Made by a program: the position numbers and the translations under genes
The notes under the pieces: model-generated
What the model was told of the DNA's origin: nothing
What the model saw: the letters and a program-made list of their open reading frames with translations, nothing else
Database searches by the model: none
NCBI GenBank assembly: GCA_022819945.1
Contig: JAJEGI010000172.1
Location: 9,427 to 73,426, forward strand
DNA length: 64,000 nt
Direction: 5' to 3'
From: Candidatus Poribacteria bacterium
GTDB taxonomy: Bacteria > Poribacteria > WGA-4E > WGA-3G
In this document: piece after piece, positions 52,022 to 60,396 of the stretch
Layout of the letters: every line of letters starts with the position of its first letter
How positions within the stretch are numbered: position 1 is the stretch's first letter

Positions 52022-52051
52022 ATTATACACGGATATAAAGGCGAATTGCAA
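52022..52051 (-). promoter_or_regulatory. promoter facing the methyltransferase-restriction gene pair
   Basis: On the minus strand: TTGCAA, 18-nt spacer, TATAAT (part of the right 9-bp direct repeat). Confidence 0.45.
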
Positions 52052-52084
52052 GGGAAATTGACAGGATCAGTGTAAACAGGACTT

Positions 52085-52118
52085 ATACAAATATGATAGG
52101 CGCGCTTGGGAGCGCGCC
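52085..52118 (-). terminator. probable intrinsic terminator of the TatT-DctP operon
   Basis: Perfect 8-bp GC stem GGCGCGCT/AGCGCGCC (52099-52106 / 52111-52118) with a 4-nt loop. The minus-strand tail TATCATATTTGTAT is only moderately U-rich. Confidence 0.5.
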
Positions 52119-52156
52119 ATTTGAGAAGGGTTATTGACGAATTGTGTCAGTCTTAC

Positions 52157-53215
52157 CTATTTACTTTTTCGGTACTCTTCTAAGAGAGCGTTAATCTTGT
52201 CAAGAAATTCTTGGGAGTAAACCTCACCGACGAGTTCTTTGTGGGTTTCGATGGCAATTATATCCCACGCTTCTCGGGAATCTCCCTCGAACTCAACCAC
52301 CTGAATGCCAGCTTTCTTTTGGAGTGCCTCAAGTGCCCTTTCGTTGTCTTTGCGAATATTCTGGATGAGATCGTCCTGATATGCGTCTGCGGTTTCACGC
52401 AAAACCTTCTGCTGTTCTGGTGAAAGTTGATCGAATTTCTCCTTTGTTATAACTGTCGCACCTACGCCAACATTAACAGGAAGGTCTGTCATGTATTTGA
52501 ATTTATCGTACCATTGGAGTGCGATAGTGACATAAGGAGACGCGGCTAAGGTGTTAAGCTGCCCGGAGTAGAGCGAAGATAAGACTTGCGTTACTTCTCT
52601 CGGTACAGTTGCGATCTCGGCGTTTTCATAGAATGTGAGGGCAATTTTGTCGGTCGGACGCGCCCACATCTTAACGCTTGGGGACCGGAGGTCGGCAATA
52701 GTGCGGATGGGTTGATTACTGAAGAGATAATAATATCCGATGTCCCCCATACCGAGCAGGATATACCCGGCATCCATGAAGGCTTTGTCAAGGTCTTCTC
52801 GGAGGTAGTCTCGAACGTAATCAAGTTCCTCATAAGTTTCAAACAGCCGAGGCAGTTGGAAAATTAAGACTTCTTGCTGTATTTCACCGAGTCCAGTGGC
52901 AGTCATAGCCCCTGCGTGGAGCAGTCCAGCCCGCATCTTGCGGATGACATCGAGTTCATCGCCTTGGACCCCGTTGGGATAGAAACGGAATTGGAGTTCA
53001 CCATCTGTTTTGGAACGGAGTGCTTTCCCCATTGCATCAAAATTATTCATCCACGTTGAACCTTTTGGGGCAAGGGTTGCGAACTTAATGGATTCGGCAG
53101 CAAAGGACGTTAGGGGTAAGCATAGCATCCCAAAAATAACCAGAAACACATAAGCGAATTCAAGGGGGTTAGGGTTGAAAACCCTTCTTAAAAGGTCTGT
53201 TTTCTTTATTATCAT
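52157..53215 (-). CDS. TRAP-transporter DctP-type periplasmic solute-binding protein
   Basis: Signal peptide. KFATLAPKGSTWMN...FYPNGVQGDE...(M)RAGLLHAGAMT pattern of the DctP family. The start overlaps the upstream stop (TAATG). Confidence 0.8.
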   Translation of the reverse strand: MIIKKTDLLRRVFNPNPLEFAYVFLVIFGMLCLPLTSFAAESIKFATLAPKGSTWMNNFDAMGKALRSKTDGELQFRFYPNGVQGDELDVIRKMRAGLLHAGAMTATGLGEIQQEVLIFQLPRLFETYEELDYVRDYLREDLDKAFMDAGYILLGMGDIGYYYLFSNQPIRTIADLRSPSVKMWARPTDKIALTFYENAEIATVPREVTQVLSSLYSGQLNTLAASPYVTIALQWYDKFKYMTDLPVNVGVGATVITKEKFDQLSPEQQKVLRETADAYQDDLIQNIRKDNERALEALQKKAGIQVVEFEGDSREAWDIIAIETHKELVGEVYSQEFLDKINALLEEYRKSK

Positions 53216-54123
53216 TATTCAGAGCCTCCTTCTTCCAGTTCTGTATCAAATAACATATCAGCTTGATCAAGCCAGCGTTTGGCGCGCGATTTTGCGAGCG
53301 ATGTCGCAGCCGCTTCCCCTGGATAAATATCCTGTGGAGCATCAATAACTTCCTGTAACGCTTGCTTGTAGAGTTTCACGTCCTGTTTAGGGTAGGCGTA
53401 GTACCGTGCGAGATAGAATTTGCTCATTAGGAACTTGCCGTCATTCATTTTATCGACAATATCAATGTGCTCTTTGGCTTTTTCGGGGTCGCCGCCGATT
53501 GCTGGTGATCGGTCACCGTAGTAGACGGCGTAGAAAAGGTGTGCACTCCCGAAGTAGAAGGTTTCATCTAATTCAAGCACACGCCCCATCATTAACTCGA
53601 CACGAGCGAGGTCGATAACTTGCATGGGATCATCTTTCTGGAGGCTGATCCCACGTCCCATAGCATAGGCAGCCCAAAAGAGCGGTTCAACCTGTTTTTT
53701 CTTGAGTTTCTGGAGTGCTGCTTTAAATGTCTCAAGATCAACAGTTCGGGGTTCCTTAAAAGTTTTATCGGATTTAGCGAGTGCTTTAAAAGCGTATTCT
53801 TCGGCGCGTACGTAGTGTGCAATCGCTTGTGAGCGCATTTCGTCCGCTGTTTCGGTGTCACCAGCGATCTCAGCGTTTTCCATCTTATCTTCGAGAAAAC
53901 CGCTGTAAGATGAATGGGCGCGTGCAGTCTTGACGATGAGTCCTGTGTTTCCAGTCTTAGCCAGACGCTCAAGGGTTTTGAGATTATTCGCGAGGGTGGT
54001 TTCTACGACAACTAAATTGCCCTCCTTTTGAATCCTGGATAGCTTGGCAAGACCACAGCCACCTAAGAGCATAGGTAAGAGCAGTAACAACAACGTTTGG
54101 GTTTTAAAATATCTATGTATCAT
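53215..54123 (-). CDS. TatT-like TPR lipoprotein (TPR-protein-associated TRAP transporter component)
   Basis: Lipobox LLGGC. All-helical. YYGDRSPAIGGDPEKAKEHI block as I recall for TatT-family proteins. Translationally coupled to the DctP-type gene. Confidence 0.65.
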   Translation of the reverse strand: MIHRYFKTQTLLLLLLPMLLGGCGLAKLSRIQKEGNLVVVETTLANNLKTLERLAKTGNTGLIVKTARAHSSYSGFLEDKMENAEIAGDTETADEMRSQAIAHYVRAEEYAFKALAKSDKTFKEPRTVDLETFKAALQKLKKKQVEPLFWAAYAMGRGISLQKDDPMQVIDLARVELMMGRVLELDETFYFGSAHLFYAVYYGDRSPAIGGDPEKAKEHIDIVDKMNDGKFLMSKFYLARYYAYPKQDVKLYKQALQEVIDAPQDIYPGEAAATSLAKSRAKRWLDQADMLFDTELEEGGSE

Positions 54124-54259
54124 GATAAATGTCCCTTATGGTTGAGTTGTTCAGGATTTACGCGAATCTTGATTTTTACCCCCTAAATTCCCCTTATCAG
54201 GGGAATTTAAGAAGCGGTGCGTAAGTCCCATTGTTAATAAGTTCATCCACAATTCTTGG

Positions 54260-55111
54260 TTAATGGTAAAGGAAAAGCGGGATTTCCGTTTCGTGAATCA
54301 GATGATATGTGACGCTACCGACGAAAAATTCGCGGATACGCTTTCTCCCATAAGCCCCCATCACCAACATGTCGATGTCGTTCTCCGCGATATAGGATTT
54401 GACGACAGTATCAGGATGTCCACTTCGTGCGACGAGACTCGGTTTAATCCCGTAACTTTCAAAGAAACCGCCAAGATTGCCTAATAACTCCTGTGCAGCT
54501 GCAGCGTCATCATTAACATTAAGGAGCGTTATGTCGCAAGCATTCCAAATACCGAGGAGAAGAAACATGTGCACGGCTTTAGAAGCCGGGATGCTATTGT
54601 CATAGGCAACGAGGACCTTCTTAATCTCCCGTACGGAATCTGGGACAGCCAATACGGGGATAAGTCCATTTTTTAAAACACGTTCAAGTGTTCCATAAGT
54701 TTCATTGACATTATATTCAAAGGATGACTGCTTCCCAATGACAATGAAATCGTGAAATTTGGATTCCTCAATAAGTTCGGAAACAGGACTACCGGTATCA
54801 GCGTGTAAAACGGCGTTTATTTTTCGTTCATCGCAGATATGCGCAAAGTCGTTGAGTATCGCTTTCGCCTTCGTTTGGGTTTCTTCTAATAACTGGTCTT
54901 CAAGTTTAACGTCATAATGCGCGCCACCGATTGGGACGGGTCCACTTGAAGATTGAATGCCGGGTTGGTCGATAATAGCGACCCCTGTAATTGTTGTGTT
55001 GTGAGCGAGTGCGATTTGACATGCGTATTCGGTCGCTGCTTCGGCATAAGGAGAGCCGTCTAGCCCGAGTAAAATTTGCGAAAAACTCGAATGTTCCATA
55101 GTAAAATTCAT
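54260..55111 (-). CDS. tandem universal stress protein (2x UspA domain)
   Basis: Two USP halves. The C-terminal half carries the ATP motif MGAYGRKRIREFFVGSVT. Confidence 0.85.
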   Translation of the reverse strand: MNFTMEHSSFSQILLGLDGSPYAEAATEYACQIALAHNTTITGVAIIDQPGIQSSSGPVPIGGAHYDVKLEDQLLEETQTKAKAILNDFAHICDERKINAVLHADTGSPVSELIEESKFHDFIVIGKQSSFEYNVNETYGTLERVLKNGLIPVLAVPDSVREIKKVLVAYDNSIPASKAVHMFLLLGIWNACDITLLNVNDDAAAAQELLGNLGGFFESYGIKPSLVARSGHPDTVVKSYIAENDIDMLVMGAYGRKRIREFFVGSVTYHLIHETEIPLFLYH

Positions 55112-55349
55112 CCTCTATCGCTTACCTGCGCGCTTGCAGTGCGAAACCTGAAGATCACTATTATAGTAGATCCCATAATTATTTTCACATACGGTGGCTC
55201 GTAGGGCTGGGTAACCCTATAAGAAACACCCAAGCAAAAACCCCCTACGAGGGTGCGAAGTGTAAACATATCTTCTGATTTCACTATAAACAGCGCGCTA
55301 ATAGAAATTTTGTCGTGATACTTTGATATAGCACGTATCAATTTATGCG

Positions 55350-56465
55350 TTACGCCAAAAAGGGCAGTAGGACAACTGTAGCATCAACACGTGCATCGGA
55401 TGTCTCAATTTGGACGCGACTGCCTGCTTCTGTGGCTGCGATCCGAACGTATCCTAAAGCGATCCATTTTCCAAGTGTTGGTACGAAAGTTGTACTCGTA
55501 ATCCAACCGACCTCTTTTTCACCATTGAAAACGCGTGCCCCCGGACGCAGTTTGCAGTCGTCTTGTGCCGTTGGGTTGTTATCAATTTCGATGCCGCGCA
55601 ATAGGCGGTTTGGATGCCCTCGATATTTCATCCGTGCGACAATTTCTTGTCCGATATAACATCCCTTCTCAAAATCAATGGCGTGTTCTAATTCCGCTTC
55701 AAGCGGGATGACGGCATCGGTTAATTCGGCACCATACCGAGGTATGCCCGCCTCAATCCGCAGTGACTCAAGCGCGTTCCAGCCGATCGGTTGTAGGTTA
55801 AATTGTGAACCTTTAGTCATTAATGCTTCCCAGAGCGATGTCAACGCCTCGGTAGTGGTATGAAGCGTGTAACCAACCTCGCCAGTAGCATCTGTTCTCA
55901 CGCAGACAATTGAATGTTCAAAAGATGCATCTGCTTTGCGAACGCAGCTGTGACGTTCTGGTAAAGTAGTCAGATCGCTCATACTTAACGCAGATTGCAC
56001 AAGTTCCGACGATTTAGGCCCGTGGACGGCAATTGCACCGGTTTTAGCGGTTAAATCAGAGAGTTCAACATCATCAGCAATGATGTACTTGTCTAATTCA
56101 CTGAAAAGATTTTCTGCAGTTTCAGGGGCAGAATCAATAATGATTGCATCTTCAAGGACATAGATATTTAAATCGGCGATAATTTTGCCACGATGCGTTA
56201 AAAGTGTGGCGTAGGTGCCTTGTCCCGCTGAAAGGGTCTCAACATCGTTAGAGATGATGCGGTTTAGAAATGTTGCGCGATCATCGCCAGTTAACTGATG
56301 CCTGCTCCGGTAAGATACATCAACTATACCGACACCATTTCTCACGGCGTGGTGTTCGGAAAGAGGGTCAGTAGTGTAGTGGGTAGCAATATTCCAACCT
56401 TGATGCTTTTCAGCAAAGGTCGCGCCGAGTTGCTCATGAATGTAATGAAGCGGTGTTTTTTTCAT
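55350..56465 (-). CDS. GcvT-family folate-binding aminomethyltransferase-like protein
   Basis: MKKTPLHYIHEQLGA...EHHAVRNGVGIVDVS aligns with the GcvT N-terminus (MAQQTPLYEQH...EHHAVRTDAGMFDVS), so ATG 56465 is preferred over TTG 56513. Confidence 0.8.
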   Translation of the reverse strand: MKKTPLHYIHEQLGATFAEKHQGWNIATHYTTDPLSEHHAVRNGVGIVDVSYRSRHQLTGDDRATFLNRIISNDVETLSAGQGTYATLLTHRGKIIADLNIYVLEDAIIIDSAPETAENLFSELDKYIIADDVELSDLTAKTGAIAVHGPKSSELVQSALSMSDLTTLPERHSCVRKADASFEHSIVCVRTDATGEVGYTLHTTTEALTSLWEALMTKGSQFNLQPIGWNALESLRIEAGIPRYGAELTDAVIPLEAELEHAIDFEKGCYIGQEIVARMKYRGHPNRLLRGIEIDNNPTAQDDCKLRPGARVFNGEKEVGWITSTTFVPTLGKWIALGYVRIAATEAGSRVQIETSDARVDATVVLLPFLA

Positions 56466-56521
56466 AGTTAGCAGTTGTCGGTACGGTTTTTCTGCGAAAA
56501 ACTGAACTGACAACTATTCTC

Positions 56522-59500
56522 CTAAAAGATACGACTGAAACGTAAAATGAGTCCTGGACTTCGTAAGGAAAACGATGAATCGAGCGGTTCTGCGACTTCA
56601 ATAACGAGACTCCACGGTGCTTGGGTCCCAAATGGGTCTATGAAAACCGAACATCCAATACCGACTGAGGTTTTAAGTCGTTCCGCGAGCGTCTGAAAAC
56701 TGGAAAAGGGTGTGTCCGCATGCCACCAGACGCTACCTGTATCTAAAAAACAGCTGAGTGTCCACCCGATTACGGCATCGGGATCCCTGCGGATTGTCTC
56801 TTTGATAAACCGATATTCCAGATTAAGCACCACTCGATTATCCCCCGCAAATCTGTTGAAATCATGACCACGCGAGGTGTTCCCACCACCAAGATGAAGG
56901 AACCGTTGTCTGGGCAATGGAGCATCAGAAAAATCGCCTGTGACTCTAATGTTTAAGTTGTGTGGCCCGGACAGTGGCGTGTAGCGTGCTATTTCAAACC
57001 GGTAGAAGTTGAAGTCGAAATCGCCCCCGAAATATTGTCCCGTCATCTCGAAGGCGAATTGTGCACGCCACCCGCGCCGCGTTCGCTCATTCACAGAAAA
57101 CAGTGTGTGAAAATCTTGTAAGGCTGTGGATTTATGGTCTCGGGTATCAAATGCAAAAACGAGAGCGAGGTTTCTCAATTGCCCGCGATCGATTCGAGAA
57201 TTACCGCGCTTGAGTTGGCTACGATTTAAGTAACTCCAATCCGTTGATTTGGAGAGGTTATCATGATTTTCTCCTGTGAGTTCGAGTCTAAGATAACTCC
57301 ATTCAACGGGTGCGTAGGTTATCCATCCCTGAAAGCCCCGTCGTTCATAATAATCTTGAAGTGCAGAACCATAGAAGGAGGCACTCAGGGTAGCATCACC
57401 GTGATGTAGATAGGTGTTAGAACTGACATCGGTGAGTTTATAGAAGCTTGTCCCGAGTTTAAGAACCTGCCGTCTAAAGAATGCTTGCTCAATACCAGCG
57501 TGATAGTTCCATATCTTGCTTGAAAATCCGCGACTGATTGAACCGAAGACCTTCTCTTTGCCTGTCAATTGGGTTGTGAGTGTTCCACCTGCCCCGAGCA
57601 TCAAACCGTGAACACGGTTGAATTGGATAATTGGAAAGCCTCCAGGTTTAGCGAAGGGTTGTTCTTCAATCTCAACAATCATGACGTTTTTTCCACCTTC
57701 GCGTTGGACGCGCCAATCCCGAATTGATTTAAAGTGCTCATTGTTATCACGGAGTTCCCTGCGCATGCGGTTTATCTTTGATTGTCCAAGGGTATGGTGG
57801 TAAACATCGGATGTTTGTGAACTCTGTTTTCCGGTATTGTTCTCGGTTTTTAAATCAAGTGCTGATAATAGTTCTGCGCGTGAGATCCGAGTATTCCCCA
57901 TGAAACGAATTTCGTGTAACGTGCCTTCGTTAATACTGAATTCAAGGACATCATTCGTCATGCCATAATTAACGGTGGTAAACTCATATCCACGGTTGAA
58001 ATAGAAATTAGCAATTAGCTGCTGTTTGAGTTTCACAGCGGCGACAGCGAGGTAGCCTGGTTTTAACTGAAACCATTCCTTGATGAATTGCGAGGGGAAA
58101 CTTCTATTTCCATTGATCCTAATCTGGCGCGCCAGTACCACGGGGGCCTCTGTAACTCGGATATGCACACTGGCAATCGGAAAAAATTGAGGGTCTCCAG
58201 ATCCGAGTTGTCCTTGCCTTGTCTCCAAGCGGGCATCCTGAAATAGATCATGTGCGCGTAATTCAGCAATTAGCCACGAGAGTTGCGAAACCGTGATGAC
58301 ATCCCCCGGTTGAATGGGAATGTTTTTCTGGATAACCTCAGTCGGAATAGTGGTATTACCTTCAATTTCAACTTTGGTAACCTGAATTTTTTCCTCGGAT
58401 GTAAAGGCTTCCGTGGCAGTTGATGGTCCTGTTACGAGGTTTAACACCCCCATCGCCGGGGCATAGCGTTCGGAAAGTATACCCATATACTGATGGGGCG
58501 AATGAAACCACCATGGATGTTCATTGTCATAAGTCGGTAGCCAATAACTGTATTCCCTCTGTGTTGTAGACACAAGGTTTTCTGTGCCGCTGATACTACT
58601 GTACGCCTTACGGTGGATGTTAAAAAACCATCTGTTTTCAGCAGTAGGTTCCGATTGTGCGTCTGACTTAGGAGGTTTTTCCAACATTTTACGTGGGAGG
58701 GCGACTTCAATGCTCCAAGAGGAGATGTTAATCTGGGCTGCGACCGTTGCCTCTGAATTCCATTTGTTATCTGCGTCAAATACTGTCTGCATAGCCTTCT
58801 GATTCAAAGTGAGTTGGACATCGTGAGGAGCAAATCGGAAACTCGGCTCGCCGGGGACATTAACGCGCTGATCAAAGAGCGCGCCAATCGGGTTGATAAC
58901 AAGATGATAATAGGTATCGGTTTGAAGGTCGGGATCAATCAAGATTTCAATGCATTCATCATCCCAAATAGCGGAATCGTGCTGTGTCAGTGAGATGTGT
59001 GGGAATTGCGATTGGGAAATGTGTGCCTTTACACCGATATAAAAGTTTTCTGAATCCCACAGCAGAAAGGTTTCTGTAGGATTCTCTGCTTCCTCAGTTC
59101 CTTCCGGGTTCTGAAACGGAGGAAGTGTTTGAGCCGTCTGCCACACGATTTCAGATAAATTTCCATCAATAATCGGAGGTTGTGTTGTTTTCGGGATAGG
59201 CAGAATAGCATCAACAAAAGGGTCTACCTCAGCCTCTGAAGGTGTGTTTTCTGTGTCTGATGAACTCGGTAGTAGCGAAATTGTGTCGGTTGCTTTTAAA
59301 CGAAACAGGGGGCCCCCGTCGTTGATAATAGTCAACGCTGTATCATTATCTACTTGTGCCGGAAGATTAATAACAACTTGCTGTTTTTCGCTCTCAAGTT
59401 GGACATCGGCAGCGTAGTTTTCAGGCAATTTCAATCGGATGTTGCCGCCTTGTGCAGTTATATCCATGGGTGCTGCAACAGTGTCAAGCATAACTAACTC

Positions 59501-60190
59501 GATTGAACCGTCTTGTGTCTCTAATTTATTCTGTCCATGCGTTAGCAAGATTTTTCCATAAATGCGTCCCTTTTTTACTGTAACGTTGTAGTTGCCCAAG
59601 GTTTCATCTAATTGGACATTCCCCGTTTCCGTCGCGATTTCTATGTTCCCTCGGATACGGTTGAGATGTATATCACCGTTTTTTACGCTGAACTTAACAG
59701 AGACATCTGCGGGCGTTTTAATGGTGCATTTCAATTGAAGCTGCTTGCGGAGCCTTGTTTGGAGTTCCACCATCTTAGAAAAAGGGTTAGGTTTTGCTTC
59801 AGGGGCATCACCTCCAGGCACTTGGGCATTCAATTGAAGCGTGCCATCGTCTTGTGTCCCTTTTAAGGAGATATTATCGAGGTAGGCACGAATGAGCGCA
59901 TTATTTGTCGTATCTGTTGGCTGTACCTGTTTTTCAAGTGTGACGCTGATACTTCTGCCCTCTGTGGCGATCATTTCAATGCTTCCTGATACATCTAAAT
60001 TGAGTTCTATTTGGTAAATATCTTCAAAATCGAAGGTTTCCTCTGATGCCGTTCCCAATATGGGGGCATGTTCTTGCAATGGGATAGGTTCATCCACTGC
60101 ATCTGCCGATAAGACAAATAGGTTCAGGGCAAGTATGAACGAGCAAAATAGGTATAGAAGAAACAGGGCTGTCCGACACAAAGGCAACAT
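56522..60190 (-). CDS. 1222-aa chimeric outer-membrane protein: DUF4097-like beta-helix, CBM9-like module, POTRA and Omp85-type barrel
   Basis: Signal peptide. NGDIHLNRIRGNIEIATETGNVQL/QDGSIELV repeats. PPIIDGNLSEIVWQ...FYIGVKAH. POTRA KVEIEGNTTIPTEVIQKNIPIQPGDV. Barrel ending ...LRFSRIF. Confidence 0.7.
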   Translation of the reverse strand: MLPLCRTALFLLYLFCSFILALNLFVLSADAVDEPIPLQEHAPILGTASEETFDFEDIYQIELNLDVSGSIEMIATEGRSISVTLEKQVQPTDTTNNALIRAYLDNISLKGTQDDGTLQLNAQVPGGDAPEAKPNPFSKMVELQTRLRKQLQLKCTIKTPADVSVKFSVKNGDIHLNRIRGNIEIATETGNVQLDETLGNYNVTVKKGRIYGKILLTHGQNKLETQDGSIELVMLDTVAAPMDITAQGGNIRLKLPENYAADVQLESEKQQVVINLPAQVDNDTALTIINDGGPLFRLKATDTISLLPSSSDTENTPSEAEVDPFVDAILPIPKTTQPPIIDGNLSEIVWQTAQTLPPFQNPEGTEEAENPTETFLLWDSENFYIGVKAHISQSQFPHISLTQHDSAIWDDECIEILIDPDLQTDTYYHLVINPIGALFDQRVNVPGEPSFRFAPHDVQLTLNQKAMQTVFDADNKWNSEATVAAQINISSWSIEVALPRKMLEKPPKSDAQSEPTAENRWFFNIHRKAYSSISGTENLVSTTQREYSYWLPTYDNEHPWWFHSPHQYMGILSERYAPAMGVLNLVTGPSTATEAFTSEEKIQVTKVEIEGNTTIPTEVIQKNIPIQPGDVITVSQLSWLIAELRAHDLFQDARLETRQGQLGSGDPQFFPIASVHIRVTEAPVVLARQIRINGNRSFPSQFIKEWFQLKPGYLAVAAVKLKQQLIANFYFNRGYEFTTVNYGMTNDVLEFSINEGTLHEIRFMGNTRISRAELLSALDLKTENNTGKQSSQTSDVYHHTLGQSKINRMRRELRDNNEHFKSIRDWRVQREGGKNVMIVEIEEQPFAKPGGFPIIQFNRVHGLMLGAGGTLTTQLTGKEKVFGSISRGFSSKIWNYHAGIEQAFFRRQVLKLGTSFYKLTDVSSNTYLHHGDATLSASFYGSALQDYYERRGFQGWITYAPVEWSYLRLELTGENHDNLSKSTDWSYLNRSQLKRGNSRIDRGQLRNLALVFAFDTRDHKSTALQDFHTLFSVNERTRRGWRAQFAFEMTGQYFGGDFDFNFYRFEIARYTPLSGPHNLNIRVTGDFSDAPLPRQRFLHLGGGNTSRGHDFNRFAGDNRVVLNLEYRFIKETIRRDPDAVIGWTLSCFLDTGSVWWHADTPFSSFQTLAERLKTSVGIGCSVFIDPFGTQAPWSLVIEVAEPLDSSFSLRSPGLILRFSRIF

Positions 60191-60274
60191 TTCAGAAAGT
60201 TTCCTTCTTAATCCGATATTCGTGGTGATGCAATATGGGTTTGAGGGCTGTAATTAAGAATTGCTTGACACATT

Positions 60275-60303
60275 TTAAATAATACTTTATACTTATTAGA
60301 AAA
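60275..60303 (+). promoter_or_regulatory. sigma-70-type promoter of the XylA-like gene
   Basis: TTGACA, 17-nt spacer, TATACT. Confidence 0.55.
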
Positions 60304-60396
60304 GTCAAGCAGTTTTTCGTACCCTTCACCGCTATTGGAGCGTTTTTATTATCTAAAGTGGGGAGAAGCATAAATGCTGCGCACGGGGGAAAAAAG

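Larger units (their letters stand above)
50070..52027 (-). mobile_element. putative horizontally inserted R-M cassette bounded by 9-bp direct repeats (TCAATTATA)
   Basis: Identical 9-mers at 50070-50078 and 52019-52027. The interior is AT-rich compared with the flanks. No recombinase is present. Confidence 0.4.

Noticed and set aside
51896-52156. The idea that the R-M insertion deleted the missing TRAP permease (dctQM) genes downstream of the DctP-type gene.
   Set aside because: A terminator hairpin (52099-52118) and an apparently intact promoter (52022-52051) lie between the DctP stop and the cassette boundary. The operon therefore seems to end naturally before the insertion point.
55108-55341. 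A 77-aa minus-strand ORF filling the usp-gcvT-like spacer.
   Set aside because: It has no SD and low-complexity composition, and it overlaps the nested hairpin. This is more likely non-coding.
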